Positions 30,714 through 42,559 of a DNA stretch of 64,000 nucleotides are shown piece by piece. The notes under the pieces were generated by a model, which saw only the letters and a list, made by a program, of their open reading frames with translations, was not told the origin of the DNA and ran no database searches. This DNA comes from the human T2T-CHM13v2.0 reference genome, Homo sapiens. The position numbers were made by a program, and so were the translations under genes. The first letter of the stretch is position 1. Every line of letters starts with the position of its first letter. The stretch lies in assembly GCF_009914755.1 (NCBI RefSeq), contig NC_060929.1. One strand, written 5' to 3'.

Positions 30714-31432
30714 CAGTCATGCATCACTTAATGATGGGCATATTTTATTAGTCCATTCTTGTGCTGCTAATAAAGACATACCTGAGACTGGATAATTTAT
30801 AAAGGAAAGAGTTTTCCTTTTTCTCACAGTTCAGCACAGTTCACAGTTTAGCATGGCTGGGGAGGCCTCAGTAAACTTACAGTCATGGCAGAAGTAGAAG
30901 GAAACACATCCTTCTTCATGTGGCAGCAGCAAGAAGTAAAATGAGTCAAAGAGGAAAAGCCACTTATTAAACCATCAGATCTCGTGGGAACTCACTATCG
31001 TGACAACAGCATGCAGGTAACTGCCCCCATGATTCAATTACCTCCTACCAGGTCCCTCCCACCACACATGCGGATTATGGGAATTACAATTCAAGATGAG
31101 ATTTGGGTGGGCACATGGCCAAACTATATCACGTATGTTCTAAGCAATGTGTTATTTGGCAATTTCCTCATCGTGCAAACATGATGCAGCCTACTACATA
31201 TGATATAGCATACTACACACCTAGGCTATATTGTACAGCCTATTGCTTCCAGGCTACAAACCTACATAGCATGCTACTGCACTGTAGGCAATTGTAATAA
31301 ATGGTAAGCATACCCATTATCTAAACATAGAAAAGTTACAGTAAAAATACAGTACGACTATATTATAGGACCACTCTCATATATATATGTAGTTCATCAT
31401 TGACCAAAATGCTGTTTTGCAACTCATGTCTA
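30714..31432 (+). mobile_element. Tigger3a/MER7-like DNA transposon (split by THE1)
   Basis: After TA: cagtcatgcatcacttaatgatggg...tactacacacctaggctata...ctaaacatagaaaagttacagtaaaaatac...catgtc. Confidence 0.85.
30744..31131 (-). mobile_element. THE1 solo LTR
   Basis: tattagtccattcttgtgctgctaataaagacatacctgagactgg...gagatttgggtgggcacatggccaaactatatca; TSD catat / cgtat. Confidence 0.92.
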
Positions 31433-31675
31433 TTCATGGCATTCTGGAAAAGGCAAAACTGTGGAGACAATAAAAAGATCAGTGATTGGCAGAGGATAGA
31501 GGTGGGAGGACAGGAATAATTAGGCAGAGCACAGAGGACCTTCAGGACAATGAAAATACTCTTTATGATACTGTAATTGTAGATACATGTCATTATACAT
31601 TTGTCCAAATCCAAAGAATGTACGACATCAAGAGTGGACCCTAAGTAAACTATAGACTTTGGGTGATAATGAATT

Positions 31676-31977
31676 ATTATTATCATTATTATTTTGAGAC
31701 ACAGTCTCGCTCTGTCGCCCAGGCTGGAGTGTAAAGACCAGATCTCGGCTCCCTGCAACCTCCACTTAATGAGTTCAAGCAATTCTCATGCCTCAGCTTC
31801 CCAAATAGCTGGGGCTACAGGCACACACCACCACACCCAGCTATTTTTTGTATTTTTTGTAGAGATAGGGTTTCACCATGTTTCCCAGGCTGGTCTTGAA
31901 CTCTTGGCCTCAAGCAATCTGCCTACCTCAGGCTCCCCAAGTACTGGGATTACAGGCGTGAAACACCGCAACCAGCA
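31676..31977 (-). mobile_element. Alu (AluJ-like) with (ATT)n tail
   Basis: tttttgtagagatagggtttc...ggcctcaagcaatctgcc. Confidence 0.93.
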
Positions 31978-31986
31978 GATAATGAA

Positions 31987-32282
31987 TTTTTTTTTTTCTT
32001 TGAGACTGGGTCTGATTCTGTCGCACAGGCTGGAGTGCAGTGGTGCAATCTCCACTCCCTGCAACCTCCGCCTCCAGGTTCAAGCAATTGTCCTGCCTCA
32101 GCCTCCCAAGCAGCTGGGATTACAGGCACACACCACTGTGCCTGGCTAATTTTTGTATTTTTAGTAGAGACGGGGTTTCACCATGTTGGCCACACTGGTC
32201 TCAAACTCTTGACCTCAGGTGATCCACCTGTCCCAGTCACCCCAAGTGCTGGGATTACAGGTGTGACCCATCACAACCAGCC
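31987..32282 (-). mobile_element. Alu (AluSx-like)
   Basis: ttagtagagacggggtttcaccatgttggcc...gacctcaggtgatccacc. Confidence 0.95.
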
Positions 32283-32809
32283 AATGATGAATTCTTAATG
32301 TAGGTTTATCAACTGTAATAAGTGTACCACCTTCATGGAGGATGTTGATAATTTCGGAGCCTATGCATGCCAAAGTGAGGAGGGCAGAAGATATATGGAA
32401 AATCTGTATTTTCTGCTCAATATTACTATTAATCTAAAATTGCTTTACAAAATAAAACTTACTAAAAATAAACAAATAAAATGTGTGTTGGGTGAGGGGA
32501 GGTGGGGTTGCCACATTGCAAGGAGAGGTTCCTAGGTTTCCTAGAAACTTCCATTTTTCTCCAGTTCCTGATGGGTACCATACTTGCAGGTTGCTAAAGT
32601 AATGCTCCTTGGATGACTGCCCAGAAGCTGTGCAGAATCTTTATGTCTCTCACAAAATTCATATATTTCTGCTACTTCTAAGGTTGCCAGGAGCAACCCT
32701 TCACAGCACAGGAAGCTTCACCTGTCTTAGGTGGTCATAGAAGAGAAATGCAGGGAACTCCTAGAAACTCTCCATCCTTGGCTAAATTAAGAGCCTTATT
32801 CTCCTACAT

Positions 32810-33520
32810 GGTTTTATCAAATATTTTCTAATCAATGCTAGGTACTGCTCTAAGTGCTAGGAATACAACTGATTGAAAGAGTCAAAGTCCCTGATCTGAA
32901 GAAGCTACAATTAAGGCCAAGATAGAGAAGAGGAGGAAATTTAAAATAAAAAATACAAAATGATATGATGGTATACGTTGATACATGATATGAACCAGTG
33001 AATGGTAATATTAGACGGATAATGGTCTCAATGGTGGAGAAAGTGGGAGACAAGAAGAGGATAAGATATTTGAGCTGAAATCTAAATAAACAGGAGCCAG
33101 ACATGCAAAAACCTAAGAGAAGAGCAGCCTAGGTGAATTAAAAACAGGGCCAAGGTCTTCTGAGGGTCGGGAGTCAGGGCATGGGGGAAGCTTGGTGATG
33201 CTGTCCTCATGTGCAAAGGGGCTTGGGTTTCTTGCTAAGTACAATGAGAAACTATTGAAGGGCTTCAGTGATGGAGTTTCATGGTCTGATTTAAGGTTGC
33301 AAATTGTTACTATGATCACTCTGACTTCTCTGTGAAGAAAGATTATAAAGAGGCAGGCAAGGAACAAAGAAGAAGTACGGAGGAGAAATGATGACATGAA
33401 TCAGGCAGTGGATGGAGAGAAACAACTGGGCCTAACAGGTATTTGAAGATAGAATCAATAAGATTTCTTGATAGATTTGATGGTAGCAGGTGACAAGTGA
33501 AGAAGAGATGAGAATCCATG
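32810..33520 (-). mobile_element. L2 fragment
   Basis: aatgctaggtactgctctaagtgctaggaatac...aaagtccctgatct...aatgagaaactattgaagggcttcag. Confidence 0.7.
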
Positions 33521-33612
33521 TTAACACCAAGACTGGTCTGAATCTTTGCATCAATATTTTTGCATAAATGGCCTTAGGCTTTTGTTCATATCTGTCTCAT
33601 GTCAACAATATA

Positions 33613-34115
33613 TTTTGGGCGAACAATTCTCCATGGGTCTCTCATATTTCAGTACATCTTATGGGTATTAAGTTCATCCATTCTGGAGTATCTTTTCAAA
33701 AGTTCTTATATAACAAATAGTCTTGGAAGATAGACATGATGTGCCCCTCAGGAACAACAACAAAAAGAGGTACGTTTACCCCTCCACACACACATACAAT
33801 AAAAACAATGTCTTCCTCAGGGGCCAAATTCAGGAGGCTTACTTCCTCTTATACAAAATTTGGGTTTTTTAACTCAGGGCTCCTCTCTTGTAATGCAATT
33901 TATGTGGCCTTGTCATATTATCTGGGAATTGAGGCCCAGGGAACCTATCCAAATGCTATACTCTTCATGCTTCTATTGCTTTGAGCAACAAATTGTGTTT
34001 TGTCTTTGACCCGGTAATCTCATGTCTTCTGCTAGCAGCATCCCTGAAACTGTGGCAGGCTAACTTTCTAGCTTGCAAGTCGAGCAAAAGCTGACTGTTT
34101 GCGGTCTTTAATAGT
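33613..34115 (+). mobile_element. ERV LTR (LTR47-like; family uncertain)
   Basis: caattctccatgggtctctcatatttc...cttggaagatagacat...tgaaactgtggcaggctaactttctagcttgcaag. Confidence 0.6.
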
Positions 34116-34578
34116 TATCAACAGGGAAGTCTTAAGGAGGTAGGAGAAACTCTTTCTTCACTCTTATGTCAGACCCTTGCATTTTTCTAATGGGTTCTTT
34201 CCTTATCCCTCACACTTTTCAGAAGCTTTAGTTACCAAGGACCAATAAGACCTCACTTTCAATAAGTTGTTCTCAGCAACTTACTGAAATTATTTTTCCT
34301 CTGTTTCCAGCCTGATCTGGCCTAAAAATCAGCTCTCTTTCCCTTTCCTTGTGAGGAGTGAGGTTCCTATTTGTCCCTGTCTCTCCTCTGTGCTATTTTC
34401 CACATGCATTCCCTCTTTGTTCCTTCCTAAAGAAAATATTTGTGCAGCCAGAGAGTACAGTGTTGAAAGATTAGGCTACAGATTTAGAGGGTGTGGCTTT
34501 GAACATCAGCTTCCTCCCACTGGCAGTCATGTGAACTTGGGAAGCATATTTCACCTCTTTGAAATGTCAGAGAAAAAT

Positions 34579-35377
<799 letters not shown>

Positions 35378-36269
35378 AAGCTTCTGTATCATATCCTCTA
35401 AACATTACCTCATCACATTGTTGAGGATGTTAAATGAGACATAGAAAGCTCTAACAAAACACACAAAAAAGTTATTTTTTAAAAATCCCATATCTAGATC
35501 AATGAGTATGTGTGATAAGGACAGCTTTCAATATTAGAATCTTGATTCAGGAAAAATTTTTTCCGTTTGGCCAAATATTTCCATTTGGCCAAAAAAAAAT
35601 TATCTGCAGCGTTGCCTATGCAATGAATTATGTATCTTTTTTCCTAATGTATTCTATTTTGTTCTGTATTTGCAGACCACATGTGACTCTAAATATAACA
35701 AGGAATCTTGATGATCTAGCAAGATAAAGCATTACATAATTTGATCAGTGAACTATTGTAGACTGAATGAAGGTACACATTGAAGACATGGAAACCAGTA
35801 TCATTTGAAGGGAAGATGTGAGGTGTTTGAAGGAAGATAAATACAGAGAGGATGTGACAGAATAAGAAAGAGATTAAGATAGAATAAAACTAAGTCAGGT
35901 TTAGTTTAGCAGAGTCCAGTATAAATTTGAGACAATCACCGACTGGCTACACCCTCCTGGGGTAACTGAACTTCAAAAGCTCTAGAGAGAAATCTTCAGG
36001 TAGTTAAGCACACGTCAAGTGAAAGGCTTGCTGCTTATGTACATATGTATGGTCACAGATTTCTCACATTAGCTATGGGAGAGCAAGTAGCCAATTAAGT
36101 ACTAGGATGAGAATCTAGATCAAAAGGAGAAATGTGATGTCAGGAAGGTTTCTTAAGTTGGTTTAGCTATTTCAACAGAATGGAATTACACGACGCCACC
36201 ACTTGCCCAAAGTTAGCCTTTGGGTCAGGGCTTTCCTCACTATAGTCCCTTCCATGGTCAACAGAAAGA

Positions 36270-36819
36270 TGTTACAGGATGGGGGTCCCGATCCAGGCCC
36301 CAAGAGAGGGTTCTTGGATCTTGCACAAGAAAAATTCAGGGTGACTCTATAAAGTTAAAGCAAGTTTATTAAAGTAAAGGAATAAAGAATGGCTACTCCA
36401 TAGGGCAGCCCCAAGGGCTGCTGGTTGTCCACTTTTATAGTTATTTTTTGATGATATGGTAATCAAGGGGCGGATTATTCATGCCTCCCCTTTTTAGACC
36501 ATATAGAGTAACTTCCTGACATTGCCATGGCACTTATAAACTGTCATGGTGCTGGTGGGAGTGTAGCAGTGAGGACGACCAGAGGTCACTCTCGTGGCCA
36601 TCTTGGTTTTGGTGGGTTTTGGCAGGTTTTGGCCAGCTTCTTCACCTCAACCTGTTTTATCAGCAAGGTCTTTATGACCTGCATCTTGTGCCACTTCTTA
36701 TCTCATCCTGTGACTTAGAATGCCTTAACCATCTGGGAATGCAGCCCAGTAGATCTCAGCCTCATTTTACCCAACTCCTGTTCAAGATGGAGTTGCTCTG
36801 GTTTCACACACCTCTGACA
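36270..36819 (-). mobile_element. MER41A-like ERV1 LTR
   Basis: Reverse complement starts tgtcagaggtgtgtgaaaccagagcaactccatcttgaa and ends ...ggatcgggacccccatcctgtaaca; TG...CA termini. Confidence 0.88.
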
Positions 36820-37571
36820 GAATCTTACTTTTCAGTGAAATATTTTACGAATCCTATCCTCTATGAAATGGCCAGTGTCCTTGGTTTTGTCACTTTCAAA
36901 ATCATGGGAACTATCATGGAAACAGATGCAAAGATGAGGAAATTGTGCCTAAAGAAAAGGGGACATTATTTTATTAATATTATCCACAACTGGTGTCTCA
37001 TTATAGTGAAGCTTCATCTGTAAGCTCTTCCTCTGTATTCTAACTTCCTGGAGCTTTAGATACACCTATGAGCTCCCATCATCTTCATATAAGATTAAAT
37101 TTTCAACATAAAATTAAGAAAGAAATATATATATATTCTGTGTTCACCATCTTTCAATCATAGATTTCCAGCAATATTTTCTGTTTATAGGATTTAAGGA
37201 GACTTGTACTATCTCAAGTTCATGCATGTCAAGAAAATTAGGAAAGCCACTATGAGAGGCAAACCACAGTGAGACACCAAGCAAAAGTTTTATAGATGTA
37301 TAGTCCATTAAATTTTAGCAAAGATCACATTGAGAGATTTTCAACCTTCTGAATTACGAATGACTCATTTTTGTGCCTGACCAAATTCCAAAAAGTAGGT
37401 CACATATTCTGACAAGCCTCTTAGGGAGAGTTGATAAATTTTCATTTAATGGTCACATTAAGTGCAATATTACTCATTGCTATATTTCATTTAATTAATT
37501 GAGGTTAGTACACGTCTAAGTTTGTCCAAACCTACTTAGCTTGAGTCTATCTGGTCATAGATTTTGAAACC

Positions 37572-38148
37572 TGTGGTAGGTAGAATTTTAAGATGATCCC
37601 TTGACCTTCAGCCCCTACTGCTACTCCTATGATTATGACTGTATTACCTTATATGACAAAAAGAGGGAGATTACCTTAGTGAACCTTTTTTTAACCATAT
37701 GAGCCCTTTAAAAGCAGAGATTTCTCTGCCTGAGGGAAGAAGAGGAATTTGTAGAGACTGGAAGCACAAGAATAATTCTAGACATTGTTTCTAGCCTTAA
37801 AGGTGGAGGGAATCCATGTGCAAGGACCAGTTAGTAATCTCTAGAAGCTGAGAGCAACTTCTGACCTGATTACCAGCATGGAAACAGAGATCGCAACCCT
37901 CTATCTGCAAGGTAATAAATGCTGCCAACAATCTTAATGAGCGTGGAAGCAGGTTCCCCCCGACCTCCCAGAGCTTCCAAATAAGAGTTCAGCACAGCTA
38001 ACTTCTTAATGCTACCCTTGTGAGACCCTAAACAAGAACCCATCTGATGAAAGCTGGACTTCTGATATACAGAACTTGAGATAATAAACTTCTGCCTTTT
38101 TAAGATGCTAAGTTTGTAGCAATTTGTTGCTCAGAAATAGAAAGTACA
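37572..38148 (+). mobile_element. MLT1 (MLT1D/E-like) solo LTR
   Basis: tgtggtaggtagaattttaagatg...gctaagtttgtagcaatttgttgctcagaaatagaaagtaca; TSD aaacc / gaacc. Confidence 0.82.
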
Positions 38149-39648
38149 GAACCAGAAGCTTAAATTAAAACAGTGTCTTCCAATAAAATAGACAGTATTC
38201 ACAAAATGTTATTTGATACTTATTTAAAAAGGAATATTTGCTTATTTTGTTAAAGAGGAAACTTTTAAGCATAGTTTTTACTCTGTTCTTATACTGTTTG
38301 CCTCACATTTTTTGTTATGCTGTCAACATTTTTCTTTTCTTTTTAGCAAAATCCTGTGTTAGTGAACATCTTAGAAAAAAAATTCTTAATGAACAATGAG
38401 GATTGAATTTCCAGCAATACTGCTGTGCTTCCTCACAAAGTATTCATCTCCTCTTTATCTTTGTCATTCTTTGACTCTAAGACCTGATAGAAAAGTTTGT
38501 GAAAAATAAAGTTGTTTGGTTTCTATTACAACCAGTCAGGTGACAGTTCCAACCACATAGAGCAGGTGTGTGAGGCTGTGTTGCATAGAAGTAGGTCTCA
38601 TGGGTTTCTGAGTAGATCTGTCCAGAAGTTATTTAAAAGGTATATTTTAGGTACTTTCTGAAAGTATCATGAATGCTCAGCAAGCTCTATTTTCACAGGA
38701 GAGCTACCCAAGGCTAATGGCACTTGATCTAGCCAGCTTCTACCACTCTTAAAACCACAGTCTTTCTCTTGTCATCCCTATTTTTGAGTAATGTCTACCA
38801 TTTTCCATTAACCAGACTCAAAGCCTCGGGATGATCTGAGGCAAAAGTTTTGACATTGACTATATTTGATTGTCCTCTGATGGATACCATATGTTTCTGT
38901 TAAAGTGAGCCACAAAAGATATTTCTATGCAAGATTTGGAGGGTGGACACGAAGCACCAGACTTTTTGGCTCACACAGAATGTTGCCGATCTGTTGTTTC
39001 ACATCACTGGTATGAAAAACAACCAAGGCTGCCACTGCTTCTTCTTTCCCTGGATTCTACTTTGGCTTCTCCAACTTTGAGACCATGTGTGTGTGTGTTT
39101 AGCTTTATGACAAAGAGCCCTGGCTTCTATAGGATACCCATTGCACCTAGGTCAGAGGCCAGAAGAACTGACACGGAAGAACTGGCAGGCTCCAGCTTCT
39201 GCTTTGGGTATCAGCTGTTGTTCTCTCCTGCCTCACCCTCAGTTCCCTTCCTCACTGCCTGTTGTGTAGACTTCAGCCTCCAGCAGCAGATTTGCAGAAA
39301 CCACTTACTGTCAACCATAATTGTTAAGGATGCTGCAGAAGGGAAGGGAATTAACTCTTCTATATGAGGCTGAATAAAAATAAACATTACATAGCGCAAA
39401 AGAAGTAAAAGGCTGTGTCTGGACTAGCATCTGGAAAAGCAGTTTCCCTGTGCAGTAGTTTTATAAGGGAGTGAGAAAAAGAAAGAGGAAAGGCTGACAC
39501 CCTATTCTGGCTGTGCATAGAAAAACAAGCTGGGTAGGGTGGAAGAGGTGTTATCTCCATCACTCATTCCCAACAGCCTGGCAAAATGGCTACTTTAATG
39601 AGAGTGAAAAATATGAGCCCATAGGGAACAATAGCAACAAGGTGGAGA

Positions 39649-39860
39649 GATATATATGCATATTATGTTATTTTATATATGTATTATATATGCATATATG
39701 TATATTATAAATACCCACATATATGTATTTTTATATATACATATATACATGTGTGCATATATATGTGTCTATATATATACACGTGTGTGTATATGTGTGT
39801 GTATACATAAACACACACACACATATCTATCTCTCTCTCTACATATATAGAGAGAGATAT
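39649..39860. repeat. TA/CA-rich low-complexity microsatellite
   Basis: Seen directly. Confidence 0.9.
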
Positions 39861-39896
39861 TATCTACCATTTTGGGGATAGATATCTATTCATGTC

Positions 39897-40470
39897 AACT
39901 CCAGAGTAGACAGGTGAACTTGCTTTGACTAAAGACATTTGGACAAAAGTGGCTTACATCATTTCTAGGAAGAAACTGCATCAGCCTGAACATGATTTGT
40001 CATTTATCTCTATTCTCTCTAGTACAACAAAAGGTAATTTCCAAGACTTCGAGAATGTTTTCTCTCAACTTTGAAACTCTTCCTCTTCTCTCTTACAGTT
40101 AGGCCTCTGACTTGGTCTGTTTGAGGTTTACTATTCAATTGAAGCATGCCTAAGTTACCTAGCATCAGCTCACTCTACATGCCCTCAACTACTGAAATGC
40201 ACCTTCATCTTCACATTTTTCAAGTAGGAGGGAAAGAGGATGTGAACAGCCCTCACAATGAAGAGGCGAAAACTTGTCTGAAAGGTAGAAAGTTGGCAGT
40301 ACCAACTGGTTAATTGAAGCTTGAATGCCAAGTTTCAAGTTCTTGAAGGCTAAGAAAGCCTTTCTTATTGGTTAATGGGGAGCAAGTGAGGATAATCCTC
40401 AAGGCATCTCAAAATCTGTGCTCATCTGCCATGTCCTCCTGAACTTTTGCCTCTGAGGGTACACAAATAG

Positions 40471-40486
<16 letters not shown>
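39897..40486 (+). repeat. Left arm of long inverted repeat
   Basis: Reverse complement of 41043-41633; by hand alignment 17 substitutions + 1 indel over ~590 bp. Confidence 0.97.
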
Positions 40487-40504
<18 letters not shown>

Positions 40505-40971
40505 CACACACACACACATATACACATATATCTCTATACACATACATATAAATGTCTATATACGTGTATATACACGTGTATATACACGTGTATATACGTG
40601 TGTATATACATGTGTATATACACGTGTATATACATACGTGTATATACATACATATGTGTATAGTTGGCTCATGCAATATGCACATATATGTGTATATACC
40701 CACATAAACATCTACATAGATATTATATGTATGTGTATATATACACATATATGTATACTATATGTAACATCTATATATGTATATAATATACATATATGTG
40801 TATATACATACATATGTGTATATAGACTATTTGTGTACCCTGCCATACTTTCATTACTTTATAGATATGTATATATACAATATACATATTTGTGTATATA
40901 TACATGTCTATACACACATGTATGTGAGTATATGTGTGTATATATGTGTGTGTGTGTATGTATATGTATAT

Positions 40972-41035
<64 letters not shown>

Positions 41036-41042
41036 AGAGGGG
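40487..41042. repeat. Inverted-repeat spacer: compound TA/CA/TG microsatellite including (TA)26 at 40981-41032
   Basis: Seen directly. Confidence 0.93.
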
Positions 41043-41633
41043 GAGAGAGAGAGAGAGACTATTTGTGTTCCCTCAGAGGCAAAAGTTCAGGAGGACATGG
41101 CCGATGAGCACAGATTTTGAGATGCCTCGAGGATGATCCTCACTTATCTCCCTATTAACCAATAAGAAAGGCTTTCTTAACCTTCAAGAACTTGAAACTT
41201 GGCATTCAAGCTTCAATTAACCAGTTGGCAATGCCAGCTTTCTACCTTTCAGACAAGTTTTCGCCTCTTCATTGTGAGGGCTGTTCACATCCTCTTTCCC
41301 TCCTACTTGAAAAATGTGAAGATGAAGGTGCCTTTCAATAGTTGAGGGCATGTAGAGTGAGCTGATGCTAAGTGACTTAGATATGCTTCCATTGAATAGT
41401 AAACCTCAAACAGACCAAGTCAGAGGCCTAACTGTAAGAGAGAAGAGGAAGAGTTTCAAAGTTGAGAGAAAACATTCTCGAAGTCTTGGAAATTACCTTT
41501 TGTTGTACTAGAGAGAATAGAGATAAATGACAAATCATGTTCAGGCTGATGCAGTTTCTTCCTAGAAATGATGTAAGCCACTTTTGTCCAAATGTCTTTA
41601 GTCAAAGCAAGTTCACCTGTCTACTCTGGAGTT
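41043..41633 (-). repeat. Right arm of long inverted repeat
   Basis: Reverse complement of 39897-40486. Confidence 0.97.
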
Positions 41634-41944
41634 AAAGGGTGCAATAGTATAAAATCGTCCCTCAAGGAGAGGGAATTGCAGGGAAGAAATCAGAATATTT
41701 GGTAAAAAAATAGTGAGTTCCCCAGAATCTTACCAAACTGAGAATACAGCAAAGCTACTCCTGTGAAAATGTAAATTAGCCTAACAAATCAATCAGTGAA
41801 ATTTTTTAAGTAATGAAAGTATGGCAGGAAAACTCTAGAATGGGCTATCGTAGTCATTTTAGTTGATGTCATAAACAAACCTAGAAGACAACATGCCTTT
41901 AAGATTACCAAGGCAGGATCTCAACTAAAACCTTCCAGCTTGTG

Positions 41945-42559
41945 TGTACTAGTCAGGGTACCAAGGGAGACAGATTTAACAGGGTAGGTAGGTTGGTGGG
42001 TGGGTGGGTTGGTGGGGATAGGTAGGTAGGTGGGTGGGTGGGTGGGGGTAGGTAGGTAGGTAGACAGACAGACAGTCAGTATAATAAGAGGGTATTTTTT
42101 AGGGGAGTTGGCTCATGCAATTACAGATGGTGAGAAGTCCCACAACTGACCATCTTCCAGCTGGAGAACTAGGAACTCAGAATCCGGGAAGCAAATGATG
42201 TAACTCTCAGTTCAAAACTGAAGGCCTGAGAGCCTGGGTGCTGGCTGGTGCAAGTCTCAGTGTCCAAAGGCTGGAGAACCTGGAGTTCTGATGTCCAAAA
42301 GCAAGGAAAAAAGGGTTTCCCAGCTCCAGAAGAGAGGGACAGTAAATTCACCATTCCTCTGCTTTTTTATTCTGTTAAAGTCTCAACAGATTAGGTAATT
42401 CCCACCCATATTGGGTGAGAGGAGATCTTTCTTACTCAGTCCGCTGATTCAAATATCAATCTGGAAACACTCCCACAGATGTAACCTGGAAATAATGCTT
42501 TACCAGCTATCTGGGCATCCCTTATTCTAACCAAGTTGACACCTAAAATTAACCATCAC
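41945..42559 (-). mobile_element. MLT2 (ERVL) LTR with G-rich tetranucleotide tract
   Basis: tgtactagtcaggg...ttggctcatgcaattacagatggtgagaagtccca...aagttgacacctaaaattaaccatcac; (GGTA)/(GGGT) tract at 41982-42062. Confidence 0.85.

Larger units (their letters stand above)
30260..32475 (+). mobile_element. L1MC-like 3' end interrupted by Tigger3, THE1 and two Alus
   Basis: Collinear L1 3' UTR pieces at 30260-30713, 31433-31675 and 32283-32475. Confidence 0.82.

Noticed and set aside
35561-35596. 18-bp tandem duplication (also similar ones at ~266-305, ~18830-18866, ~46240-46260)
   Set aside because: Ordinary slippage micro-duplications
38927-39367. 146-aa ORF in non-repeat sequence
   Set aside because: No recognisable domain, coding bias, promoter or splice context
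40422-41136. Y/I/C/V-rich ORFs
   Set aside because: Translations of TA/CA microsatellite
39897-41633. Possible DNA transposon or foldback element with long terminal inverted repeats
   Set aside because: No TSD at the outer ends (catgtc versus aaaggg), no transposase, and arms look like duplicated local sequence
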